From contig OZ234493.1 in the NCBI GenBank assembly GCA_965153455.1, positions 14,312,213-14,376,212 of the forward strand: a stretch of 64,000 nucleotides of DNA, in the 5' to 3' direction. The notes beneath the pieces were generated by a model that was given only the letters and a program-made list of their open reading frames with translations, did no database searches and was not told the origin of the DNA. Below are positions 1-11,699 of the stretch, piece by piece. This DNA is from Sphagnum compactum (Eukaryota). Positions within the stretch are counted from its first letter, which is position 1. Every line of letters starts with the position of its first letter. A program made the translations under genes and the position numbers.

Positions 1-1194
1 TGCCCAATGCCTTTCTTCAAGTTCCATCGTGCTTCCTAGCATCTACTTTAGCTTGCAAAAAATTAAAGAATTATTTTTTAAGAAAACTCAACATCCCTTA
101 ACATGTTTCTTGGCATTCCCTTGTCTTTTTCAGCACAACTATTTTTCCCTAGCATTCTTCTTGATGTAGTTGGCACAATTTGATACTTTTGACATCCTTC
201 CCAATGCCCTTATTGTTTTTTTTTTGGATGCTAATGGCATGCTTGCCAACATCCCTTGGTGTCCTTTTTAACTCCCTTCTTCACATCAATTGTGAATGTT
301 TTTCCAACACCATGTCATCCTTCCCATTGCCCTCACCATTCTCATTGTCCTTATCACCATTCCTATCATTTTGTTGTTGTTCCATCCATTCCCACCATTC
401 TATCCCCATTCCCACTATTGCATCATTATTTGTGTTGTTCTATCGCTATTATTGTCATCCTTCATCGTCTTTCACCATTCCCCATCACTATTTCTATTGT
501 ATCATTGTTCCTTCACCATTTGTTGAGCCTAGAAAAAATGTTCCCCAAACACAACACCCCAATCATGAACTTGAATTTTACCAAGGACACCCAACTTTTG
601 GATGTCTTGGATGTTGGCATCTCATCTTAGAATGCCCTACCAAGGACAAGATGTGTGCAACCTTGGTTTAGACCTCTAATGTAAGAGTTATTGAATATTG
701 AACAATGTTATCATCAAAATTTCAATAAAATCATAACTAGATTTTTTAGGGAAATTGAAACACACTTTTGATAATGTTGGAAAGTGATTAATGAGTAGAA
801 TTTCATGGAGTGATTTTGTAAATTTTAGACCTAAAATGTTAGCGATACTCAATTTTGCACTATCTATGTCATTTGACATTGAATATAAATTCAAATCGGG
901 TAATGAGTTCACATTTGAGCCAACAACACATGCCACACTAGTATATATTGAAACAACATTGGAAACAACACACATATAATAGTATTTGTGCTACACACCC
1001 CTTGCCCTTAGTTAGTCGAGTATATGTAAGCATCACTACAACTAGGCTACCATCATAATTTTTGTGGTAAAAAATAATTTTGAACCACCTACTTTTCAAC
1101 CCACATTAACTATATGCTTGGAGAATTAATGCAATTCACACTAATTCCAACCCACATTAAGGTACTCTAATAGAGTGTAGCTACACAATCATGG

Positions 1195-1440
1195 TAGTGG
1201 TAAAGGGGGAAGTGCACATGGTGTTGGAGGGGGTAGTGCAAATGGTGGTGGAGGGGGTAGTGCCAATGGTGGTGGAGGGGGTAGTGCAAATGGTGGTGGA
1301 GGGGGTAGTGCCAATGGTGGTGGAGGGGGTAGTGCCAATGGTGGTGGAGGGGGTAGTGCCAATGGTGTTGGAGGAGGTAGTGCAAATGGTGGTGGAGGGG
1401 GTAGTGCGAATGGTGGTGGAGGGGGTAGTGCAAATGCTGG
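1195..1440. repeat. 21-bp minisatellite (GGTGGTGGAGGGGGTAGTGC(C/A)AAT-type unit), ~11 units; reads as (ALPPPP[PT][FL])n on the minus strand
   Basis: Directly visible tandem units; only ~2 units at the paralogous site 17185-17235. Confidence 0.9.
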
Positions 1441-2352
1441 TGGAAAGGTTGGACTCGTTGTATTAACATTTGCGCCTGGGATTGGAGGGCTTCCTGGGTT
1501 TGGAAGCACTGGCACTGACCTTCTGACGGTATTGGAGCTGCCAAACAAATCCTTACTTTGGTCCTGCCATAAGAAAAAAAAACGAAGTTTTAAAGTATAA
1601 AATAAAAAGGGCAATGACAACATGCAAGGACCAATGGGGATCAATTTTTTATGAAGAATTGACAATTTTCCCTCACTAGGTACCCACACTCTTTCAAACG
1701 AGTATTACCCCAAGCCCAGGTGAACCAGCACCTACAATAGTACCTTCACCCTCTCCTTCTTGAGTGATGCCTCTTAGTGACCCTAAACCAAGAAATGTTA
1801 GATCTGGACTCAGAAACCCTAATTTAGTCTAAGCATGAACTTTGAGGTTTTTACCATGGTACCAGTGTAGGTGCTGGTTAACCCAAGGGAACCCGAGCCA
1901 AATGGTGACAAAGAGTTCTAGGAACAAAGCTTTCGTGCAGCTAAATGATGTTGGAATAAAGTGTGAGGTGCTATTGGGAACAGCTTGCAGTACACAAAGG
2001 AATGTGAGAAAAAACACACTGGGAATGTCACACAAAAAAAAACATGGGGAGAATTGAGATTTCCTCTTCTTCCTAGCTACCCAAGCCTGCAAGATTGTTA
2101 CAAGTGCTTTGCTTTCCTGAACTTATACAGACCAAGTTGTAAGAGCATCTCCAACCCCCACACCAGCAAACACCCTTTCTCATGAAATCTTGCAGCAGCA
2201 GGAGAGCACAAATCCTGCTGCTTGCTCTCTGGTATTAATGGTCCATATTGCAACATAAGAACACAGTGTCTATAGTCCTCCATAGATTTCAGGTACTCAT
2301 AAGTAGTCGTCCAAGGCAGTGATTCTTTCTTCAAATTTGTGATGTAGTTGAA

Positions 2353-2828
2353 CTAGGTCATCATCTGTAAAAGACCATTTAGCCAGAATTGGCTATCTGT
2401 ATATATGGTACAAGCTAACATTAAGCCACGACACTCATGTACAAGGATGTAAGACTTCAAAAGCATCAAGTTTAGAAGAAGAAGAAGAAGCTTCAGCTCG
2501 TTCTCATGAGAAGCCGGGTCCTTAAAGCTCGTGCTCTTTCAAGAACTTAGTTGAACCAAAATGTAAGGAACGAAAACACAAAAGGAGGAGCTGGATCTCA
2601 GCTGCTCATCTGCCATCCCAAACAAACGATGAGCATAATAATCAACCATACCTTGAGGAATTGGCTTGGTGGCACTTGTGTACCAGAGAGTAGTGCATCG
2701 GCCACCATAACATGAAGCTGCACAACCGCTAGAACTGTGATCACAGTTATAACCAGCCAAGAGCTGGACACAGCCACCCAACAACCTCGACTTCGCATTG
2801 ATCTCCCACCCACCATCATCACCAGCAT
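2353..2828 (-). CDS. Putative small secreted or membrane-anchored peptide gene, copy 1 (coding exons ~2828-2652, 2364-2353)
   Basis: The exon is bounded by TTTGCAG| (2831) and AAG|GTATGG (2652). It encodes a basic then hydrophobic signal-peptide-like stretch, MRSRGCWVAVSSSWLVITVITVLAVVQLHVMVADA-LLSGTQVPPSQFLK. The frame is preserved in copy 2. The downstream exon choice is uncertain. Confidence 0.4.
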
Positions 2829-3329
2829 AACCTGCAAAGACATGATTAAGATGCAGAGATGATTAAAGTTCTGCACAACATAACTTGCCCCCAAAAAAAA
2901 ACCACAAAAAAAAGAGATTGACTCAGATCTTGCAATGATCCTCTTCCAGATCTCACCACAAGTCTCTAATAAAGCTTCATCTTGAAGCATGTATGAAAGT
3001 TTGGAAAAGGCAGATTCAGCAACTCCCAGATAAAGCTTAGATTAGGTGTATATGTCTACAAGCAACTGGATGCTGCCACAATTTATTATGTTGAGGTTGG
3101 TTACTTGTACCCTTGAGCTTCAGTGTTTCCTTTTTTTTCATGAAAAAAATTCAATTTTATTATGTTGAGGTTGGTGACTTGTACCCTTGAGCTTCAGTGT
3201 TTTTTTTTTTAAAAATTATTTTTTTTATTTTTTAAAATAATTTTTAAATTCAATTTTCTGATGTTGCTTAGGCAAGCATTCCAAGAGGGATTTAGTAACA
3301 ATTGGCTCTAGGTTCTTAAGAACCTAAAC

Positions 3330-3731
3330 CAGTGTTGGCTGGTTAATTGCTTTTTCTTTTTCTTTTTTAAATAACCGCTTGGTAGGGTTTTCTTTTTTGG
3401 AATTTTTTGGAGGACCACACAGGTTATCCATATCAATAAAAAAAATTGGGTAATAACCATCAGTTATGCATATTGCCAATTATTAGCTGGATGTAAGGTT
3501 TTTTTTATTTTTTATTAAAAAAAATCTGCTTTTTTTTTTTTTTTTTGGGGTATATTAGAGTCTAAAGGTTGATGACTTACCTGGATGATGATCAAGTCAT
3601 CCGAGTAGGTTATTAGATTTTTTGAAAATCCAATACCCAGCAATTATCAGAAAAATCAATAAGGAACAACTGGTAAGTTACTAATAACTGGTTGATAAAC
3701 AGGTCAAAAACTGAATGACCGGCCAACACTG
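3330..3731. mobile_element. Non-autonomous hAT-type MITE (copy 1)
   Basis: TIRs CAGTGTTGGCTGG...CCGGCCAACACTG, flanked by an imperfect 8-bp TSD (ACCTAAAC/GTCTAAAC). An 8-bp TSD with CAG..CTG ends is typical of hAT. Confidence 0.8.
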
Positions 3732-4699
3732 GTCTAAACAGTAAAAAAAACTAAAAACTGTTATAAAAATAATGCTACCAAACTGAAATCTGAGTTGAAA
3801 TGTGATGAAATTTATTTAACATTTTCTTATTTTCAAAAAAAATTATAAATTTTTTCCCCCAAAAAAAGGGAATATATTATTGTATGTGACAGAAAACTTT
3901 ATTTTATTTTATTTTAGTTTTTGCATTTGTGTGAAATTTTTTGCACAAATAAAGGTTGTCAGGCTTGGTCTAAGAATTGGCCAGAGTGAAGCAGCACATT
4001 TTGCAGAATGGATGTTGTATGGACATCAAACATTTTTTCATTGTATTCATGTCCCATGGCAGACCACAATGGTTAGTTATATATATTACCCACTCACACA
4101 TATCTACCCATGTTGGGCGATTCTCACTTTTTTGGAACCTAAACATTGACGGTATGGGTAGGGTAGGGTATATCCTATATGGGTAGGTAGGGTATGTGCC
4201 AATGTTGGGTGGTTCTCAAATCTTGACCCGGTTCCCTGGCCTGGGAGCCTGACGTCCAGGGCATACGGCCCTTACAGCAGGGCTTACCCAGTGTAAAGGA
4301 CAAGGCATCGTAAGTCTCTTTTGCAAGTACAAGAGACTTTGAAGGCACACGAGGAAGTTGCTTCATCTTTTCGAGCAGGCTATATTCTTCCTGGATTTTA
4401 AGGCGGCTTCTGGATACACTAAAAACTGTAGCAGAATGGAAACCCGCTCCTTACATTGCATACTCTTCCGCAACAACGCGTGAACTTGGTTTGTCGATAC
4501 AGATCTTCTGACAACTTGATAATTTAATCAGGACATGTTGAGAGTAGCAATGAAGAGTACCTTGGATAAACATTATCAGTGGTAGGTGCACTTGCTTGGA
4601 ACAATGGAATTCAGATGTAGTAAGTAGTACATCATGAAGTGCTGTGTGTAAAAACGATCAGATTGCGAACATGTTACTTGCCAGTGAGGACTGAGGACC

Positions 4700-5013
4700 T
4701 GGTCATGGCCACCCTTTTTACTTATTAGCAAAATTTCGCCAAGAATCGAAATTGAAAAATGAAGTGATTCTGAAGGTTTTATAATCTTCAGAAGTCAGGG
4801 GAAAAACAATAAAAATTACCAGATTTTTATAATTGATTTTTCAGTGTGCAGCCAAAAAATTTATAACGACGGTTCAAGTTTTGTACTTCATATATGACTT
4901 ACAGGCAGATTTTGGCTAAATCTTCTGAGGGATGATCACCACTCTTTCTACATCTTCCTATGCACGATGGCCACTTTGGCTTAAAACAAAAAATTCCTAA
5001 CCAAAACGCTGGT
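4700..5013. mobile_element. Dispersed MITE-like repeat (related copies at ~10545-10790, ~18070-18330, ~50780-51030)
   Basis: Shared degenerate blocks such as TTTGGCTAAATCTTC..GGATGAT..C.ACT.T..CTACATC and GCAGCCAA recur at these sites in either orientation. Confidence 0.5.
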
Positions 5014-5182
5014 CACAAAGGAAAGAGAGTGTGTAAGTCTGTATTGTAACAGAGAAACAGCTATATATATCCAACACTTAATTATTCACAAGTAAAATGT
5101 CTGCAGATTTTCAGGTTTGATTGCTTCATCTGTTTATTCAAACTCCAGTTGTTATTTTGATGTCAAGCCAGAGTACTGCATC

Positions 5183-7062
5183 TGGCCGTGCCCCCTTTGG
5201 GAGGAAAGACCCCCAGAAGGGGAGGGAGGCAGTAGCCCCATCAAACATTAAAGAAATCCAAGAAATACAAGGGGGGCAAGAAGCACCACACGATGGTGGC
5301 GCAATCAACCCCAAAGATGCCTAAGTGACACCATTCCGGCCTAAAGGCTTGATCAATCCTAGCTTGAATACTAGGGTCCCGGGTGGATCGAAGGGAATTA
5401 ATGGCCTTCCAAGTGGCCATTCCAACTTCAACGGTAGGTACCTAGGCTTGCTGAAGGATTTTCCTAGAGGAATACAGGTTATCAAAATGCTTCCGGCATC
5501 TCTCCGTCCAAAGGAAGTAGAGGATAAAACTGCGAAGGATGTCAAGCGGTTGTCTGATGTAGGAGAAGCCTCCTACATGGTACCCTTGGACCCCGGGGGG
5601 GTTATCTTCTCTCTCGAAGACAGCTTCACCCAGCATGACGAATGGCCAGGAGAGAGTGATGTCATTGGGCGCTCCCCATTTTTGCCAGATGTGATAGAAG
5701 GCCTCCCAAGCCCGTTTGGCGAGGGGACACTCGAGAAGACAGTGTTGAGGGGATTCAGGGGCCTCCTCTGTGTAAACCTTGCACGTGGGGAGGATCCCCA
5801 TGCATTGTAGCCATGTGCCAACCAGGAGGCCCCGGTTTAAAGTGAGCCAATGAGAGTGCCGACCTTCCAGGGTCGGGCGTTATGCCAGATTCTGGCCATA
5901 ACTTGCGTGACGGTGGAGTTCTGCAGGTTTAACCTTTGAATGAAGGAGCAAATGCTCGCGCTCTGGGTGGGTTTCCTTACGTTTCGGTAACCCCGCTTTG
6001 CGGAATAGCCAAAAAAAGGAGAGTCACCCATTTGGGAGGAGGCTTGCCATTGCCACTCTCGCAGGTCTCGGGGAAGCCCATCAATGAAACCAGATTCGAA
6101 AATCCAGAGTAGGGGGAGCTTGGTGAGAGATGGGAGCTCCCTGGCAACTTTATACGGGGCTCCGTGTCTTTCTTGGTAGAGGACCTTGATTGGGTGATAA
6201 CCTTCAGGGGAGAGGGTTATCACTTGGGAGTTCGCAGCTCTGATGAGACCAGTGGGGGTAACCCTCTGGAATTCAATGGCTTGCACCGTGTTGGGGGTGA
6301 CCCCAGTTACATGGTATACCCATTCTAAAGTGGTGTTGTTTTCGGAGTTTTTTTTGCTGATCCAGTCCCCTGCTTGAAAGCGGTTAGTGTAAGTTGCAGG
6401 ATTCCATGGGATATTCGCTATGATGATTTCTTTGTTGTTCCTGTTGGTGGCGTGGTAGGTCATACGGAGGGCTTGGAGGCATTTCCATGCCCTGCCCTCC
6501 TGGTCCCAAAGATCTTTGATTCGGGTGCAGCCAAAATTGGCAATGGCGCATCCTTCATTGCAACCACTCACTCCCAGAGGGTGACCAGTCATGTTAAGGA
6601 TGAGAGGGTTGCTGAAAATGAGCTGTCTGAGAACCTCCGCATGGGATGCGCGTTCGGACTTTGCTATACCGACTCTTACGTTGAGCCAAGAGCCAAGGAT
6701 GCTCTTCCAAAATGAACATTTCAATTTTTTGAGCTTGGGGCCGGCAAAGAGCCAATTTATGTCCGGGATGCTTGGCCCTTTGCCATGCACCGGGAGATGG
6801 ACCTCATCTGCTTAGTGCCTTAGAATCTCTTTCCATGGTTCTACTCCTGGGGCAAGCCCTCTCACCAGAAGTTTAGCAAGAAGTGCTTTGGATTATGCCT
6901 TGGGGTCTATGATCCCTAGGCCGCCGCTAGACAAGGGAAGTGTAAGAAAATCCCATTTGACCTTGGCCCGTGTGTTGGAAGCCTGACAGCCTGTTGGAAC
7001 CCCAATTCGAGGATGTGCAACCAGATCAAAGGAGTGGTACGAAACATCATTTGGGGGGGGGA
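5183..7062 (-). mobile_element. 5'-truncated non-LTR retrotransposon (L1/Tx1-like LINE ORF2 C-terminal part with zf-RVT), degenerate, with an inverted 5' tip
   Basis: Minus strand reads ASNTRAKVKWDFLTLPLSSGGLGIIDPKA*SKALLAKLL (post-RT motif), then ARIWHNARPWKVGTL and the zinc-knuckle-like PTCKVYTEEAPESPQHCLLECP. Stops at ~6893 and ~6813, frameshift near 5837. Confidence 0.9.
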
Positions 7063-10000
7063 CGGAGGCACTATTTAGGGTTAGGGATAAAGTTGTATAA
7101 AAATGAAGGCCATGCTTCATTTTTTGTCACAATGTTATTTTGGGTCTTTGTAGTGATTAGTGATGTTCATTTGCAGTTGTTTCTTGTTGTTCTTGCTTTG
7201 TGTTGCATTTGTTTAAATCTAATTTTTAGATTTTTTATTTTATTTTTTTTCGTGTTGTCGCTCCTTGTGCCACTTCTTTCGTGTTGCTTCTCTTGTGTTG
7301 TTCTTCTTGCGTTGCACTTCTAGTGTAACTCCTCATGTTGTTCTTCTCGTGCTACTCCTTGCATTGTTCCTCTCACGCTACCTCTTTTCGCACTATTGTT
7401 CTTTACACATTGTCGTTCTTCTTGCGTTGCTGCTCTTTGAGTGTTAACGTTCCTCTCGTGTCGTCGTTCTTCTCGTGTTGTTGCTCCTCCTCTGTTGTTG
7501 CTCCTTTTGTGCCACTCCTCCCATGCTACAGCTCTCATGTTGTTCTTCCTACGTTGCACCTTTCACGCTTCTCTTCCCACATTGCACCTCTCGCATTATT
7601 CCTCTCATTTTGTAGCTCTCGCATTGTTCTTCTTGCGTTACAACTCCCGCGCTCCTTTTCTCATGCTACAGTTCCCACGTTGCTCCTTGCACATTGCATT
7701 TCTTGAACTATAGTGCACAACGCTACTCTTCTCCCACAACTGTTCCTTTCACATTTTTCTTAAGTACGTGCTAACGTAGTGTTTGTTGCTCTTCTTGTGC
7801 TTCCATTGCTGCTCTATTTTGCTTAGTTAGTGTGGTACATCCCCCCTTGTCCTTGCCATTTGCAGTTCGGAGCTTGGAATTTCGCCACCAACTTGAGCAC
7901 CAAAGGTAAATTACATTGCATATTTTCATTTTTGATTTTAATAAGCATGTTTTAAGGTTTTTCCATAGATTAAGATGTCTTGGTAAGTGGAAAACATTTA
8001 TTTTTTATAATAATAACTCCATATGATGTGGTAAGTTATATTATGGGACATTTGTTGATAAAAAAAAAGTATAGCCAAAGTATAATGTGATTGTATCCAA
8101 ATTCAAATTTTTTTAGAAATAGAAAAGTATGTTCATAACCATTGTGATTTTATCATTTAAATTGCATTATATTCCTATGTCATTGTGGTGTTGAGTACTT
8201 TGTTAGTGATAATATGGAAAACTACCATTTGGGACAATACTTTGCATCCCCCAATCATGTTTTCACCAATTATATACATTTAAGTTTGGGTATCAATTTT
8301 GGTTTTGGGGTCCTCCAATTATTATTTTTACGAAATTCATGTTATGTAATATTATTTTTTAGAACTAACAAATTTCATTACTTATATTGAAATATCCATG
8401 AATATATTTATAATATATATTGGTATAATAGGGCCACTATCTCATTTTGACTACACTAATTTTAAGGCTTCATTAGTCATTAAAATAATCAATTTTAATG
8501 TAATAAAAAGACGGCCCATCTAGTTATGTTTGTCATCTTCCATGTGAATGTGACTAGTACTTGTCAAATTTTAATTTATCGCACATTTATCACATCTTTG
8601 CTAAAAAAATCATTTTTTGAGATGAAAATTTTCAAATTAGTCACATGGTATCTAAACATTGTTCAAACTATGTGAAATGACATGATTCAATATACCTTCA
8701 ACTTTTATAAAGATTAAAAATCATTTAAATTATTTTGGGAGTATATTTTTGTTTTTTAGTACACAAGTACACTACATTCGTATCTACAAATATACTCCAA
8801 TCTCCCATTTTATAAAATGAAATGAAATTATTTCTTTTTTAATATCTTGTTTAAGTTATATTCTAACATAATATGCAAACAAATTGTGAAATTCTTTCAA
8901 AAGTTTAAGGTGGGATACATTCAAACATGCACACCCCTAGAAAGTAGTACAATTTGACACCCCAGAGGGGGTCATTGTAATGACGTGCCTTCACCTTGCC
9001 ATTGTATAGCAAGGTGTGTAAAACTAATATGTATGTTAGATTTGTGAAGTGCAAATGGCGATTTGGCATTAGTTATGAAGATATGTAGGATTGTTTGACT
9101 AAAATTATAGTTTTATGTTTTCACTGAATCTAAAAGGATGATGCACTAGTCATTCTTTGAACAACATAAATGAATGGCAAATCAAGGTACTAGAACTGAT
9201 TAATAAAATTGTCTTCCCACATAAATGACATGTGAGCAATTTTGTCCACTAGGAGATACAAAAGTTATAATTTGGAATACACCTAAACCCATGGTACCTA
9301 CATAACTATTGCCTTTTGAATTTAACTAATTAGCTCCACATATCAACTTTATTCATAAGACTATAGATGACCACCCATAATATATGCAAAACAATAGTGT
9401 AATCTATCAAACCATGGCATTGTTGAAAGAGCTATAACATTGCATATTCAACATCAAGTAACAAATTGTTGGTAAAATATTCATAATTTCTCTAATTGGG
9501 TATCTGTTATTAGTGATGCAAGGACAAATTGGAAGTGCATAGGAACTTTGGAGTATTCTATTGAGAGCCTTGTGTAGAATGTCAATTTTCCAAAAGACAT
9601 ATTTTGATCCTTGCTAGGGAAAATTAAGCGAGAGAATATCAACAATTATCAAGACCATATAAAGCTATGTGATCAAGAACCACTATCCTATGCCCAATGG
9701 TTAGTGCATTAGTCCATTGACAAAGAAAATTGTAAAAGCTCATAACCCAATATTGACATTTGTGGCCATCAAGAGAAATGTGAACTATAAAATTGTTTTG
9801 TCTTTAAGCTAGCAAGGTGCATATAGAGTTTTTCTTGTGGATACACATGATATATTTATTAAATTTGCACCATATTAACATCTGACCATACACAATGCAT
9901 TAAATTTGCAGAAAACATCAAGAATGGAGAGGAAAACAATTAGAAAAAGATGTAGATGACAACATGGTGGCCAATGGCAAATGGAAAGGTGAATGTAATA

Positions 10001-11699
10001 GTTCATTTTACTTCAAATAATTTGTTTAGACCTTTTGGATTATGTTAAAAAACCCTTCACACAAGCATCAACCAGAAACATGTGATTTACCTAAGACTCA
10101 AAAGTACACTATAACAACACTAAGTCTTCCAACTTAAACAAAGGCCTTTCAAAATATTGTTGAAAAACAAAAGACTAGGTTTTAAATATTTATAGGGGAG
10201 ATTTTTTCTAGTTTACTTGAAACCCATGATGGAAATACCAATAATGTCCGACATTGCAGAACATGCAACCTATTTTAAATTAATGATGCAAACTTCATAA
10301 AACATTTTGTTGAAAAACAAAGAATGGCACTTAATCTAACTCCAATACCACGCGTCATTTTACACTCATGCCATACCTTTCATTCCCATAAGCAATGAGG
10401 AGGCTCGAAGAAAACCAAAGTCGTCCAAAACCATACACAAATCCACACAAAGTGGGCTCCTTTGTACCCTAAATTTAGGGTGCCGTTCAACTAGGAACTT
10501 GGAGGATTTTTTTATAAAATAAATTTTTAATTTTAAAATAAATTTATTATTATTGATTTTTGTAATGTAGCTGAAGTGGTGATTATCCATGAGATGATTT
10601 AGCCAATTATGGCTACACACTAGATATGAAAGGAAAAAAAAAACACCAAAATCTTTCTATATTCTTAGCAACCTGCTGGAACTTATCATAAAAGTTTGGC
10701 AATTTGGGATGTATTTTTTTCCTTTGAAATTTGGGGAATTTTGGCCATAAAAATCATTTGTATAGGTGAAAATCATATTTTCCAAGTCACTCATAAGGTT
10801 GATCATCCATAAGACCTAGATGGCAATTGGGATATTAAAGGCGCATAAAAACAAAATACCTTTGCGATTTTTCTTAGTGATAGAATAAAATTTTTGGTGT
10901 CATTTTGAAAATGGAACATCCATGCAACGCCTTTTTTTCCCATGATATCCCATGGGTACCCTTTAGATACCCATTATGTATCACATGGAAAAAATTGAAA
11001 AAAAATTGCATCAATTTTTACATTCAATAACTTCTTCAAAGTGAGGGAGTTCTAGAAGTAAGCACCTTTCGACTCTAGCTTGGATGAATGTTTATTTTTA
11101 AAACTCCTCATTCTTCATGTGTTAGTTTTTCCCAAAATCATTCAAATTATCACTTAACATCAAATTTGATGTGGTCACTTGCATGGTAGCTAGTGATAAC
11201 TTAATGATAAGGAGATGTTAAAACTTTGGAGACTTAACATAAAATGTTCAATGTTAAAACTTAAATTTTTTTTGAAATGAAAATGTTATGTAAAAACACA
11301 TCAAAAAAACTTTAACAATGTTTATTTTCAATACCAAAGTCCTCAACTCCCTAACATGCTCCCCCATTCCCAAAATTGTTCCTTTTTCTTTTTTTCGTTT
11401 ATGTATTCCATCACCATCACCAAAAGATTATGGATCGTTTTTGTTTGTATATCTCTTCCAACAACAAAGTTTTGGCTATTGCAAAATAACAATAATTTTT
11501 TTTTGCCAATGTCCATGGATGTCTTCAATGCCTCAACAACACCACAATGTTGAACTATGAAAAACATGGGCAATGATAAAAATGTAAGCAATATACTATA
11601 CATCATCTAATCTTTTTGAAAGTAAGTAGACTTGCAAACACAAAAACATAAGATACATTATTAATTTGACAAAGCAACTACAAGCAAAGAACAAAAAGA

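Larger units (their letters stand above)
1..4234. repeat. Segmental duplication, copy 1 (left block; probably extends beyond the window start)
   Basis: Near-identical to 15120-20159. Both start TGCCCAATGCCTTTCTTCAAGTTCCATCGTGC and match collinearly to ...TCTTGACCCGGTTC. Homology resumes at 7065-7915 versus 20371-21220. Confidence 0.95.
4200..7915 (+). mobile_element. 5' remnant of the hAT element, interrupted by a 2.8-kb foreign block (4235-7064) and truncated at ~7915
   Basis: TIR-like CAATGTTGGGTGGTTCTC at 4200 matches 20125. 7065-7915 matches the CT-rich leader at 20371-21220 of the longer copy. Confidence 0.75.

Noticed and set aside
180..975. ORF-track ORFs of 60-163 aa (and paralogues at 16180-16884)
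   Set aside because: Low-complexity overlapping frames without recognisable domains; more likely shadows of a decayed minus-strand sequence.
2610..2651. Intron joining the signal-peptide exon to an acceptor at 2610
   Set aside because: It would be only 42 nt, shorter than typical plant introns, so the acceptor at 2365 was preferred.
5325..5810. 161-aa plus-strand ORF
   Set aside because: Antisense shadow of the LINE ORF2.
7250..7720. Hydrophobic or Cys-rich ORFs (also 20560-21080)
   Set aside because: They arise from the CT-rich degenerate repeat in the hAT leader, and frames are not conserved between copies.
8900..10480. Possible additional decayed transposon
   Set aside because: It looks like eroded coding DNA, but I could not identify any diagnostic motif or termini.
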